The notes beneath the pieces are model-generated. The model saw only the letters and a program-made list of their open reading frames with translations. It was not told where the DNA came from and did not search any database. A stretch of 63,902 nucleotides of DNA, counting the filler, from Octopus bimaculoides (Eukaryota): the NCBI RefSeq assembly GCF_001194135.2. It is 5 parts of 4 records of this genome, joined end to end, with 100 filler letters (N's around TTAATTAATTAA, not from the genome) between each part and the next. Parts side by side here need not be neighbours in the genome. Positions count along the whole stretch, not along the records: positions 13,409 to 44,519 come from NC_068986.1; 4 more parts are not named here. One strand, 5' to 3'. The position numbers and the translations under genes are program-made. Of this stretch, positions 26,456 through 40,254 are shown in pieces (positions within the stretch are counted from its first letter, which is position 1; each line of letters starts with the position of its first letter).

Positions 26456-27013
26456 GTTATGTCGTATTTGGGGAGGAGCATTCTATTGACAAAAACACAT
26501 GCAGTGGTTGTTGGTCACTTCTTTACTTTTAGTCAATTAATTAATTAATTAACAATTTATGATTATTGATTGATCTGTCAGAGCCTTCTCCAGCACAATT
26601 GTCCTTTTAAATGTCCTCTTTCTGCACGCTTCTAATGTATAAAGGTTATACATCCTTTTTGAGATGCATAAATATCCCACCTTTTCATATATATATACAT
26701 GCATACATATATATCATACTTTCTCTTGACCCTTCCACTCAACCCATGGACATACACGGTGTGTATCCGATTGTTTAGAAAAGTAACCTCTTTGTCCATG
26801 CCGACTGCTCGTTTATTTACCTTCATTTTCAGCATCTAAAAACAATGTTGATAGTCATTACAACTACTATCATTACATTTGTTTCAATTGGTCTTAAAAG
26901 GACTGGTCACGTTGATGTGGCTGATGTTCATCTTGAGCAGCTGTAAGCTGACGATTGTAGGAATCGTGTGGGAGGGAGGGATTTCCAAGAGTTGAAGTTC
27001 GGTGGGATTAGGC

Positions 27014-27806
27014 GGTAATCTTCCAGTTTAGGGAGGTAAAAAAGTAAATAAAAATACAAGGGAAATAACTTACGGTCTTACTATATTATCCGTACTCTCC
27101 CCACCCCACCCGTTCGCGAGCGCGCATTTTTTTCTTCATATTCGTTCACAGCAAGTTGTTTTACACCGATTAGACTAATTTTTTTTTTTTTAGCTCGGGT
27201 CAAACGCTTTAGTTTGACCGTTATTTCCCTATACTGGAAGATTACCAGAAGTTGTTGTGCAGCCGGTACTACGATATTCAATCACGTGTGTGATTTATAT
27301 ATAAACAGTTAACTTCATTCACGTGTGTGATTTATTTATAAACAGCTAAAAAAAAAACACACATTTCAGAGCAGTACGGATAATACTAGTAAGATGTTAA
27401 GTTATTTCCCTTGTATTTTTATTTACTTTTTTTACCTCCCNNNNNNNNNNCACCCCACCCGTTCGCGAGCGCGCATTTTTTTCTTCATATTCGTTCACAG
27501 CAAGTTGTTTTACACCGATTAGACTAATTTTTTTTTTTTTAGCTCGGGTCAAACGCTTTAGTTTGACCGTTATTTCCCTATACTGGAAGATTACCAGAAG
27601 TTGTTGTGCAGCCGGTACTACGATATTCAATCACGTGTGTGATTTATATATAAACAGTTAACTTCATTCACGTGTGTGATTTATTTATAAACAGCTAAAA
27701 AAAAAACACACATTTCAGAGCAGTACGGATAATACTAGTAAGATGTTAAGTTATTTCCCTTGTATTTTTATTTACTTTTTTTACCTCCCTAAACTGGAAG
27801 ATTACC
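27014..27806. mobile_element. Foldback MULE-like MITE with long TIRs (interior duplicated across a gap)
   Basis: Termini GGTAATCTTCCAGTTTAGGGAGGT and ACCTCCCTAAACTGGAAGATTACC, TIRs about 85 bp, perfect 9-bp TSD GGATTAGGC (27005-27013, 27807-27815). Confidence 0.9.
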
Positions 27807-28465
27807 GGATTAGGCTTGGGTGTAGCTGTTAGTATCTGAGTATGAATGGGAGACGCAATAATAGTTGCCATAAGAGATAAAACGTCTCTGGTGGGTCATC
27901 TTGGTTGGAAATAGTATATAGAGAACTAGACCTGAGGATGACAGTTACAGTAGAAGACGGAGACGGAGGATACTGAGCGTTTGTGGTCTGGAGTTTAGAA
28001 TGTATTGATGAGTGAGATGTTACTAAACAGCCGGATAGCAGTCTTTTAAATGCACTATCGAATATTCTAATATACGAAATCATGGTGTTCATGCCTCAAC
28101 TAATAACAGCAACGCAAGCAAAACTAGAATCAAAAAGTTTGTAAAAATAAACTAATAATGGAAAGAAAAAAAACCCCAGATTCCACACGTTTTGAGTTTC
28201 CTCTTTGCGTTTTGGTTTGTCTTTTTTTTAATATTGTTTTTGTTTGGTTTTTAGAAATGAATTTTTATTCTTTTGCTGCTTTATCTAAACCATCTTGTAC
28301 TTACTTGTGTTTCCTCCTTCCATTTTACTAATTAAGTAAACACTGTTTAATCTGACGATAGGTTGATGCCGCCAACACTTTGCCATGGAGCGTGGGATGC
28401 CTTTTCCAAGTAACACACACACACATGTATGTATGTATGTATACACGTAGACGCATAACACCCAT

Positions 28466-28507
<42 letters not shown>

Positions 28508-29109
28508 TTCAATGAAATCTGCTATAAAGTAGCTGACGTGGTGGCAAATGTCGTGAGGGTAAGATATAAGCTTTCAGCAAACCGAAACCACGAAACAGCA
28601 GCTCAAACTCCGACTTAAGCCATTCCGATGCTCTTTCTTCGTTGATAGAAAAAGTATGCCGCAATGCTCCATTTTCCTTCAATCCTAAAACAAAAGCGTT
28701 TGCGTCTAACTAAAATGACAGTGGGACGACATAATGACTTATGGCTGTAAGTTCTCAGACCCAGCTTAAATTTCTTGCTAACAGTTGCTCCCCCCCCCCT
28801 TTTTTTTTCTCCAAATGTATTTTCACTTTCACAGAAATGTTGATTTGGCTAATTATCACTTGATGGATGTTTTTGACTTTGAAATTCAAAATAGCTTTAT
28901 ATTTACTGAATATAATCCACTCGACGGAATTCTATATAGTTTCCGTCTATCCAATTTCACTCGCAATGACTGGGTTTCATCCAAGGCTATATACGAGGAT
29001 GTACTGAAAAATTCGTGGATTTAATGCTATCGCGAAGGCCTGGCTGGAGGTTGGACACCCAACCCTCAAAGTTCTTTATTTCACGTTGTTTTAGTTCACT
29101 CAGCTGGCA

Positions 29110-29296
29110 AAAATGAGTTGTAGGTGTACTTCAAAGGGTCACTTTTGTTACATTGTGTCACGCTGAATCTCCCTGAGAACTACGGTAAGGTACACGTATT
29201 TGTGGAATGTTCCGTCACTTGCACGTTAATTTTACTAGCAGGCTGTTCAGCTGAACGGATCAACTTGAACCCTCGTCGTCGTAACCGATGGGGTAC
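29110..29296 (+). mobile_element. SINE family B, 3' half
   Basis: GCTGAATCTCCCTGAGAACTACG...GCACGTTAATTT...CCCTCGTCGTCGTAACCGA. Confidence 0.8.
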
Positions 29297-29647
29297 CAAT
29301 TTTATTACATTTGCTCATGGTGCCACGCAATGAGAATGAAGCCTCGTAGTTGCGAAGGGAGCATTTTAACCACTTTTTTATACTGTTTCTACTCCGAAGA
29401 CTAAATGATAATACAATAGAAAAAACGATAAAGGTGATCCCCGTTGCAACGAATTAGTTTCAAAGTAAAACATGCGAGAGAATTTGCTGTCGGTGTCTTG
29501 AGATGAAATGGAGTTCACAAGCAATAGTCAAAACGACCTCAGACACTGCAACCTCCCACTGCGCATCAATTTGCAAAGTATCACGAAATTCCAATCATGT
29601 AAATTTATTGAGTATTATGGTTAAACGAATATCTACTTATGAAACAG

Positions 29648-29862
29648 GGCGGCGTGCTGGCAGGTAGAACCATTAGCACGCTGAGCAAAAGGATTAGCGG
29701 AATTTCATCCGCTCTTATGTTCTGGGTCCAAATTCCGCCGAGGTCAGCTTTGTCTTTCCGTCTTTCGGGGTTTTCGATAAATTGTCAGATGAGCACCGGG
29801 GTTGGTGTGATCGACTTATTCACTCTCCTGAACTTGGTAGGCTTGTGTCAAAATTTGAAACC
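29648..29862 (+). mobile_element. SINE family A
   Basis: GGCGGCGTGCTGGCAG...CAAATTCCGCCGAGGTC...GCTTGTGTCAAAATTTGAAAC. Confidence 0.82.
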
Positions 29863-32800
29863 GACATTTATTTATTAAATAAAGAGCGCCGCAGAGAAAC
29901 TGCAAGCTTTCGGAAACTTAATCCAGCAAAACGGTTTCGATTCTATTCTTTTTCTTCACTTACACCGATATGCTTTACAGAGAAATGAACGTTGCAGCAA
30001 CCTATTTCGTAAATCGATGCGTATCTGAGTTCAATACCAATAAAAAATGTTTATATTTCACGCATAAATGCAAGAGCAGAACGCTTGAAGACGCTTCTTG
30101 GTGGTGGTGGTGGTTGTTCTTCAGCAAATCTCGGAGAAGACATACCAGGGTTTCCTTTCCCTTATATTGGTTTCTAAGACTAAAAGCCAACAAGTTTGAT
30201 GGGAGGAGGTTTTTCGATAACGTTTACTTCGGTACTTACCTGATACTTCATTTCATCGAGGGATGAAATGAAGTACCAGTCAAATACGGGGTTCGATGAT
30301 AATTACTGACCTCTTCCCCTCAAAAATCGCTAGCCTTCTGTTTAAATCATTAACCATTGTTTTGTTGGCTCCGACTCCAAGGTCAACTGAGCAAAGCCAT
30401 GACCAAAAGTATTCCAGCTGAGACTATCCTATCTTACATTGAAGACTTCGTTTTCTAACGACTCCTTTCTCCTTTAAAATCTCATGATGCGATTTGAGGG
30501 AAATTTTTCCTAATAGTTTAAGCAGTTTAAAAAGTTATGTAGAAGAATGCTTCTTCGTGATTCTCAGCATTAGTTCAATAGATCTACTATCAAGACATTC
30601 AAGCCGTGGCCATGCCATTGTTACAATGTATATAGTACTATATTGTTCATTGAGTCATCCTATATAGTGGCTTTCGGACCTAGTGAATAGAAGGCAGGTG
30701 CAATGATTTGAAATAAAAGGTGTGGCTAGGGAAATGATTTGGTATAAAAAGGGAGTTCCGAGTCAGGTGAGTTGACACTCTACGATTCACGTTTGAAGCT
30801 TTTTCACAACGGTTATCGTAAGAAAAGGCTCGAATGTCACAATTTAGTATTTGAAACTATATTATCTTTGTAGCAAAATTATTTTTCAAATTACAATTAT
30901 CGTTAGGGTTTTTCACTTTTTTATAGTGTTACGCTAATGAGGTTTAAACACGATCACTGGAAAGTTGGTTTGTCAATTGCAGGCATTTTTTCTTACACAG
31001 TGGATTAATTGAACTCAGCACTGCAAGCCCTGTGAAGGCGCATGGTTTAGTGGTTATAGTGTTCGGCTTATAATCATAAATTTGTGGATTCCATTCCAGA
31101 ACTATGTAGTACGCTGTATCTTTGAATAAGGAACTTCATTTCATGTTGCTTCACTCAGCTGTAGATGAATACCAACCTAGTACTGGTGCATGTCTATCTC
31201 GCCTTTCAAGGGTCTGCTCCCGACTTCATAGGCTCCCAAAATAATTAAAGTCATAACTGTTACCAAGTTACATTCAGCCAAGGGTGACGGTTGGCTGTGC
31301 TATACTGTAAGTAAAGTAGTTTCTTCTCAAATACACAGCGCTGACTACAGCAGTTAACAATGTTACGCATCGTGTCTACTTTGGACTAAGTAGAACCGCC
31401 TGCCGAGAATTAAGCGTGTGTCACAAACACATTAATGCGATGCTGAGATACGAACTGTTGATCTCTTGGTTGATTTTTCCGGTATCCTTTTCACTTGGTT
31501 ATATCCATACTTTAATTGCGACAATATGCAAAAATAATATTCCACTCATGAAAAAAATTAAAGAAAAAAGTAACAAAAAGAAAAAACTAAATATATAAAA
31601 CGCAACTAAACAGCCTGGAAAATATTATTTTAATTACTTGCGGCTTTCCCTTGAAACCTAATATTAAATTCAGAAATTTGAGTAGTTTAATAAAGTCTCT
31701 TTTTGTCCTTTAATTTTTCTCTTTAGTTCTTTCTATCGTAGTTCAGTAATGATAGAAAAATAGAATAATATTGAAAAGAAATAATACAGTCAAATGTTTC
31801 TTGTACTACCCAGAGGATTAATTTATATAACAGCAGATTGGTTTATTATGTAAGATTTAGCCAAACTGCTTGCATTGCAAAGGCGTCAAGTGAATTCTTT
31901 TTTTTTTTTTAGTGCACACTACCTACACTTATTTGGCTTAGCAATTAAAATCGTACAGTGCAGTAAAATGATTTTGTGCATTAAGTGCCAGGCCACAATT
32001 TGTTGGTGGTGAAAATATTACTAAAATAAGCCTAAGTATATGACAGGTATATATTATGATGGAAGCCCAGAGAAGTGAAAAGTGGAATTTTATACTTAAG
32101 ACGTAGAAGAACGTAGAGTGGCGGAAGATAAGTCGATTCCATTTAATTAGGTTTGGGAGTTTTTCTGTAAGTGAGTGGTTTATCTTAACCGGAATACAAG
32201 CTCAGAATTGGATACTACAGTATGACAAGGAAACGTTTACACCGTCTCTGACAATTTCTTAGAATTCCATCGCCGTGCAGTAGGGAATACTGGCTGGTGA
32301 TGGTTATATTTACTACAAATAGCTGCCATATCTCCTTTAAATCACACTCATCCATCTTTAAAATTAATGGATTCGTTTGACAATGCAGTCCGTAGTACAT
32401 GATGTTTGAAAACTAAAACTAACATATTTTATAGGTCAACTCGATCGGGCTCATGTGAGGCTAAACAATTACGACTAGAACTGTTACAACGATATCGGTA
32501 ACAACAATAATAATAGTTTCTTTTGCATTGGTCCACGAGCACTATAGTTTATCGCAACGTTCATGTTCTCTCGGGGGCATTAATGGTTAAATCAAGCAAG
32601 TTGGTATCAGCCGATCTCTAACCGCCAGTAAGCTTACCACACATTAATTGCAATATGGCGCATATGTACTATAATACCGCACGTTTCTGAGTTCAAATCT
32701 TGCCAAGGTCAACTTAACTGTCATTCCGCCTGTCGTCACTAATGAATGTATTCTCTCAATAAAAAAGAATAAACAAAACACAAACGATTCAGAATATCCG

Positions 32801-35800
32801 ATCATACCTTCGTATGGCGAAGACGGAGTTTCGGTTTCGATTCATATTTCGTACCATTTCACAAACATATACCTAAAGCCTTTGCTCGGTCACATCTTAT
32901 CACTCATCAGAGCGTATCACTGAATATATCATATCAATATTATTGAGCTACACATTTGCAGAATCATTAGAGCGTAGGACAACATGCCTTGTAGTATTTG
33001 TTCTGGCTCTGTGCACTCTAAGTTCAAATCCCGCCAATGTCAGCTTTGCTTTCCATTCTGTCTTTTTGGTGGTGTCGATAAAATAACAATACAGGCTCGG
33101 TAGGTTGAAGGAATTCTAATAGCATCGGACGAGATGTGTGGCGAAATCTGTTTCTTGACGTTAAGTTCAGGATTGCTCGATGTACTAAAAATAGCAGACA
33201 TCTTGAAATTACACACAGCATTCTTAAAAAGGAAGGGCACAAATGATAATGAAGTCCTCGATAAAATGCGTGGAATGGATTAGTAAGGGTAAAGCTTCCT
33301 AGGGAGAAATTCAAGAAGAAAGAAAGGTGTATTCTATTGAATGACGAAAGATACGACGTGTTCATGGAAAATTGGTGACTATGATTGACGGACCGGTGTA
33401 ATATGATACCCTACCAACCGTGGTGGAATATGAAGAGTTGAGGAATTTTAGAGAAAAATATAATAGATATGAACAATATAAAAAAAATGAAGATGTGAAC
33501 TTTTTGTGTTTTAAAAAGAGGTAAAAACTATCCAAAATAATGTCTAAATATAACCGCTTAACTTCGGGGGTCGAGTGGGCATTGCGTTACATTTCATAAT
33601 TTTCATAATTTCATTCGTTTCCTTTTATTTTTTTTTCTTCTTTGCTCGATTTCTTTTTGTATTTTTATTTCCCCGATTATGTATTATATTGTCTTTGTAA
33701 TGTGTAACCTCTATATTTAGCCCCCTGTGGGCAATAAAAAATCGAGGACGTTGGTGTTGCCTTGGCAGAGGTTTGCGCTCTCTGGGAGATCTTTTTAACT
33801 ATCGTTATTGCTTTCGTTTTTTGTTTCTTTACATGCAGTTGGAAATGCTTATACCTTTTAAAACATATACAGTATGTGAGGAAGCCCCACCCCCGAAAAA
33901 AGCAGCGTTGATAGAAGGCATATTGAGCTATTTAATTGTAGCAATTTCACAGAGGTGCAATTCCTTTGCAATCACACGGTTCCAAGTTCAATCTCAGTGC
34001 GTGGCACCATGGGAAAGCGTATTTTGTGCAAAAGTTGATTGTATGTGTATGTATACGATCGTCTTACATATTCTGTATCCTTTTATTATCTGTAACTTAA
34101 CGGGTCAACAAAGAGATCGATAATATATGGAGTGAACGGAAATTAGTACTGCTGACGATATGATTGTTTAAACCCTGAAGGTGGGTGCTCCCGCATGGCC
34201 GCAGTCAAAATAACTGAAATAATTAAAATACGAAATAAATAAAATCAAAAATAAATATTCTTTTCTATTCTAGGCATAAGGCCCGAAATTTTGAGGGAGG
34301 GGGCCAGTCTATTAGATCGACTCCAGTACGCAACTGGTACTTAATTTATCGACCCCGAAGAGATGAAAAGCAAAGTCGACCTCAGCAGAATCAAAAATAA
34401 ATATATAAAAGAAAAATAGCAAAGACAAGCAACAAATAGATGTAGGATGTGGACATGTTTTTACCGTGATTTCACACGCCAATATTCTAACTATTAAGTT
34501 GCTCTATAATTTTCGTGTATTGCTTACACATGTTAATAGATTCAGAATAAGTTGCCTTCAAGAGTTGTTCCATTTTCTACACAGTTTCAGGAATCAAACA
34601 GATGTCTTTCATCTTGGAGACACGTTTTTCTTATTATGTAATGTTGACGAACGGAATTCTAATAGTCAATTATATATTTTCTTAAGAAAAATATAGATAT
34701 GTTTGCTTTATTTATTCCATCATTCCATTATTTATTTATTCCATCATTCTATTACCTCTTCTTTATTTCATCAGTCTTCTTTTCCTCTCTTTTATTTCGT
34801 ATTTGTTACTTCCTTCCTTCCTTCCTTTCGTTTTGTATTCTTTCTTTTGCTTCTGTTTCTCTGTTGCTTTTTGTTTTCGTTATTTCATATTTATGTCTGT
34901 CTGTGAATCTAAATGTAATTTTTTTCTATAGGACTTTGATGTATTTTTTCTCTGTGTTTATTTCAACTTTTTAATATTTCCATATTTTCAGTCTTATTTC
35001 CTCTTCATTTTTTCCCCCCGTCTTGCAAATCGTCTCATGTTATTTTTTAAAAAAAGATATTCGTTGTCACCAAAATTATGACTGAAATCCTACTCTCGAA
35101 CAACAGCATGCATATTTTTTTTTGGCAATTGTTGAATGCATCAACGTACAATTAACATAAACAACAGCTATTACAATTAATAAGCATTAAATAATAACTC
35201 TTCTCTTTAATACAAGGTGAAAATATTTTAATGGAAGTAATACAACCGGATGGATAAAAGTAATTAAGTCACCTGGATATTACTGTCTTCAAGTATCATG
35301 ACGCATATATCGAACCAGTTCATCACTGGTTCTTATTTGATGAAAGATGAAACGCAAAGTAAACCACGGCAGAATTTGAACTCGGAAAGAAATACTGCTA
35401 AATTTATTGTCCGACGCACTGTCAGTTCGCTGCCTTCAAGAAGTAAAATTATCCTTTCTATTATAGGCACAAAGCCTGAGCATTTAGGAGTAGTTGGGGC
35501 CAGGGTGGGGGGAGCTGATTGCTACTCAATTGGTACTAATTTTATCAACTCTGAAGGGATGAAAGCAATGTCGACCTCGGTGGAATTTGAACTCAGAACG
35601 TAAAAACCGACGAAATGGCACTAAACATTTTGGAGGAAGTAAAATAATGAAAATATGACTACATTGGTAGATCTAAACGTAAATTGTAAGTTCATTTACG
35701 AATACTATCAAAGTATCTTTTCATGAATTCACTGCTTGAAAAACATTTCATATTTTCACAGCTCAAGTAACTCATTATTAAGATTTAAAGTGCAATAATG

Positions 35801-35833
35801 ACTAATTCTTTGTCACCTTTGATACAACAAATA

Positions 35834-36074
35834 GGTAATCTTCAAGTTTAGGGGGATAAAAAAAATAAATATATTCAAGGGAAGTAACTGAACGTCTTAC
35901 CAGTATTCTCCGTACATCTCTGTTTATAAATAAATCACACACGTGATTTGATTGACGTTAGGGTGTGATTTATTTATAAACAGCTAGAAGAAAACGGATA
36001 ATACTGGTAAGTCGTTCAGTTATTTCCCTTGAATATATATATTTTTTTTTATCCCCCTAAACTTGAAGATTACC
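35834..36074. mobile_element. Foldback MULE-like MITE, same family as 27014-27806
   Basis: GGTAATC...GATTACC termini, near-palindromic over about 105 bp per arm, perfect 9-bp TSD CAACAAATA (35825-35833, 36075-36083). Confidence 0.92.
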
Positions 36075-36329
36075 CAACAAATATACTGAATTTATTGGAA
36101 ACCGGTTTGATAAAGGTTGTTGAAGATGTGATCTTGGAATTTCAACAAGTAATGGTCTTCATACATTAATATCGGCACATGGAATTTAAGCTGTTCTCAA
36201 AGATGTTCTCACACTCCTGCTAAATTTGGCATCTCAGACGTTTAGAAACTCTAAAGGTCTCCTCATCTGTGTTTTATATCCTTTCTATTTGGTAAATAGT
36301 CACCCGTTTGTTTTTATTGTGACTATATA

Positions 36330-36507
36330 CCGTATTTTAACGTGTATAAGGCACCCTTTTCTGTAAAAAATTAGCTTTAAAAAATATGGGAGTTTCTTAT
36401 ACATGGATAGTATTATAATCCCTTACAAAACCTTTTACCAAATTTTCAGCCCAAAAATTAGGGGTGTTCTTTATACACGAAGGTTCCTAATACACGTTAA
36501 AATACGG
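36330..36507. mobile_element. Tc1/mariner (pogo-like) MITE
   Basis: 18-bp perfect TIR CCGTATTTTAACGTGTAT, flanked by TA on both sides. Confidence 0.85.
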
Positions 36508-37639
36508 TAATTTACTATTGATTGAATATATTATTGCCTTCTCAGTTATTATATGTAATCTCTGTGCAATTGCTGCCGATAATTTTTGCTTGATGCATTT
36601 AATTTAGTACAAGTAAGAGTGGATATAACACTCTTTTTTAGCTAGTGATTTACATGCACGTAGCAACAACTTGGTGTGCTACTCCGAACACCAGATTTCA
36701 AGTTGGATGCAATATGGTATACATTTGTAACTACTAAATTTTGTTCGGTTTATTCTCATCATTTGCCGGACTGAATACTTTTAGATGGAATTCTCGAGGA
36801 ATAGTTTTCGTTATGGATTAGCTGAGATATTCTCTGGTAATAAAGATATCATCAAGATGTGTGTAGTTTTGCTTTCTAATGACACAATGTAAGCAATTCA
36901 TTAATAAATTTGTTGTTTAGTTCTAAATCAGTTCGTTTTGAGCAGACTATAGTCAAAAGCTCTCTATATCTAGAACTACATTATCTAAGTCCGTCACTTC
37001 ATAAGACTTTCGTGTGATATGGGGTGAGATCATGTTACTGGGAGCAAACTGAGTGAAGATATAGCAGCTGCTTCGGTGACTCATAACAAAATCTGTTTTA
37101 GCTTATGGTGAAATACAATAAGCAAAATTCTAATTTATTCTGGCAGATACAAAGTATGGCATTTTAATGCGGAAATTGTCAGCTCGGGAGACCAATGCTT
37201 TTCTGTTATATCACGTTCGTGAACTTAATAGTTTATCGAAGTCTGCTGTTGTAAGGTGGTAGGGTAAATAGTTTCCTAAGATAATGGCGGCGTTGGTGGT
37301 GTTGTCAGCCGTATTTGAGAGAACAGTATACGTTTTCTTCTGTGAACTGGTTACTGTGATCTCATCTAATCTCGTCGATAACGTTGACCCCCTACGAGGT
37401 TGTGAGAGTTAACAAGAATTATTTTTCTGCTTTATTTATATTTCAGCGTTTTAGCATAAATACTTTCTTTACTTGTTCTGAATTAGGAATGGTAACGAAA
37501 ATAACTGAGATTAAAGTGTTGTTAAATCGTATTGTTTTTAACAATTTTTATCTGGTGGCCAAAACATGTTACTTCATTAATAAGTTTCTAACGGTTGTAG
37601 GATGTGTGACACTACTTTTTCCTAGTTGAGTGCATACTT

Positions 37640-38036
37640 ACATACATACATGAATACTGGTGGAACATGCCCATCAAAACATCAAAGGTAAGCAGAACAG
37701 GCCAGATATTGTTGTTTGGGACAGACGAGGGAAAAAGATCTGCTGTCTTGCTGACGTGAATATCTCTTTGAAAATCAGAGAGAAATAAGAGAACTATGTA
37801 CAACTGTTTCGAAACTTTCAGCTTCAATATCCATATTACAAATTTAGATTTGTACCACTAATAATTATTGGTACAAATCAATCATAATTGATGTACTTGG
37901 CTTTGTGAGTAAATACCTAACTGACAGTCTGGATTTTCACCAAAATAAATCAACCACCTTAGTTGCGCATTAAAAATACAATTTGAAGGTGGAACAGTAA
38001 AACTATACAAAACTTTTCTCAAGTTTAAAATGTGAC
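37640..38036 (+). mobile_element. RLE LINE endonuclease C-terminus, decayed
   Basis: EYWWNMPIKT...NRPDIVVWD...KFRFVPLII...YKTFLKFKM*; contains the PD-(D/E)xK-type RPDIV motif. Confidence 0.7.
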
Positions 38037-38550
38037 ATTATTTTCGTTATCTATATTCCAACGAAGAAGCTTTGCATCTTTGTCAGAAACCAGCACTTTC
38101 CTCACGGGATGAATTTCGTATATACGTGTATACATGCATACAATCTGTAAGCGAAAGTGAAAAATTTCCAACATTTTTCTAAACTTCGACACGTAACCTT
38201 GCCACCATTTGAATTCCAGCAACAGAGCTTTGTTTCTTAGAAACAATTGAAAGAATTAAAATGAGACAACATTGCAGCAAAAATAAGATGAGGATTACTT
38301 GACCACCATTTTCTGAATTAACCACACTTGTTTTTAATGAAACCTCTTCATCGCAAAATATTAATTGTCCTATGAAACCATGGGAAATTACGCTCGCCTT
38401 TTTATTCATCAAACAAGACAATTACATAATTATATATAGTACTATGATTATACAAGTGATTTAAAAGTCCATTTAGTATCATTCAAATACTAAAATGACT
38501 TCTGAATAATCTTTAATTTATATTTAATAATAATTATAATAATAATAGTA

Positions 38551-38975
38551 ATGGCTTCAAATTTAGCCACAAGGGCAGCAATTTTGGGGGAGGAGATGAG
38601 TCTATTACTTCAACTCCAGTGCTCAACAGGTACTTATTTTATCGGCCCCGAAAGGATGAAAGGCAAAGTCGACCTCGTTGGAATTTGAACTCAGATCGTA
38701 GCGACGGGCGAAATAGCGCTAAGCATTTAGCCTGGCGTGCTAACGACTCGGCCAGCCCACCCGCCTTAATAATAAGAATAACGGTTTCAAATTTTGCCAC
38801 ATGCGCAGCCATTTGGGGGGAGGGGGATGTGTCGACTATATCAACCCCAGTGTTTCACTGGTACTTAATTCATCGAGCCCGAAAGGATGAAAGGCAAACT
38901 CGACCTCGCCCAGTGACGGGCGAAATGCAGCTAAGCATTAAATCCGACGCGGTAATGACTCTGCCAGGTTACAGC
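38551..38975 (-). mobile_element. Two tandem SINE family A copies
   Basis: Copies at about 38551-38768 and 38790-38975, both with GACCCCGAAAGGATGAAAGGCAAAGTCGACCTCG-like cores. Confidence 0.88.
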
Positions 38976-38990
38976 CTTAATAATAACAAA

Positions 38991-39021
<31 letters not shown>

Positions 39022-39023
<2 letters not shown>

Positions 39024-39515
39024 GTTCTGATGCAGTTCGAGGCCGTAGGTCTCGTGGCTTCTAATCTTAACTCATTGCCTTGGTGTAAAAGATGGGCTAC
39101 AGCAGATTTGCTTGTCAGTTGTGTGATCTTAATCAGTTGAGCATGTCCCTTAGTGACTGGCGATATGTTTGTCTCTGATCACAAGCAGGAGTAGTGGTGG
39201 GGGGAGGATAATAGCCATGTGTTGAGAGGAATTCTCTGGAAACATGGGTGTTTCGTTCATCATCCTAAACAAACTTTATTCAGGGACTTTTTGAGTGGGA
39301 TGGGCTACTCGACATGAAGAAAATTCTGAGCCCCATCTGCAAGGACATACGCTGTTTATCTTGATATGAGATCACCACGTCACGCACATATCGTTGTGAT
39401 GCATGTGCGACGTGTACTTTTATCGGACGAGTAGTCATGATGGGTATATTGGGGTTCGTATATTTGTCCTCCAGTGTTACTTTGATGGCATGCATTGCTC
39501 TCTCACTCAATAATC
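39022..39515 (-). repeat. Unclassified interspersed repeat (about 490 bp)
   Basis: Non-coding, GC-richer block bounded by (AAT)-rich tracts; recognised as a common dispersed repeat of this genome type, not verified by a search. Confidence 0.45.
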
Positions 39516-40187
39516 ATAATATATTTATATATTATAATTATATTAATATATTATAATTATATGACTTTTTACTGTTATATAATTATATATTATAATCATA
39601 TAAAAATTTGTTGTAAGTATATGGTTATATTACAATTATAGAATTTATTCGTATTTGTTTAAACTATTATATATTGCAATTATACAAATATAATTATATA
39701 ATTAATCAATAAATATGTAGTAATATAATCCGTTCTACTGAAGGCACAAGGCTTTGAAATTTTGGGGGAGGGGACTAGTCGATTACATCGACCTCAGTGT
39801 TTCACTGGTACCTAATTTATCGACCCTGAAAGGATGAAAGGCAAAGTCGACCTCAGCGGAATTAATCCAATATGTAGTAATATATAATAGTTATAAAATA
39901 TATGTATGTACACACACATTTGTCAACGTCTGTATGAGTGTGTCAGCGAATATACATATGCCTGTATTTACCCGTGCGTAAGCGACTTCATAGGTATTTA
40001 AGAAGTCCATTATGTATGTGTGCGTTAGTTTAATTGCTGTATGCGTAATTATTATGCTGAGTGTTGTTCTAATTTGGTTTTACTCCACTTCAGCAATCAT
40101 GAGAAGTATTCACTGATATATCACAGATTGTATTTATTACAATAACCACTCCCTGTCTCCTTATGCTGGGACTAATTTTTCGAAGGC

Positions 40188-40234
<47 letters not shown>

Positions 40235-40254
40235 CAATAACAGCAACAACATCA

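Noticed and set aside
26536-26552. Natural TTAATTAATTAA run
   Set aside because: Not flanked by N44 blocks; simple AT-rich repeat, unrelated to the synthetic spacers.
32881-32914. Minus-strand CTGATGAG...TGTGACC-GAGC hammerhead-like relic
   Set aside because: GAAA and stems I/II are not intact.
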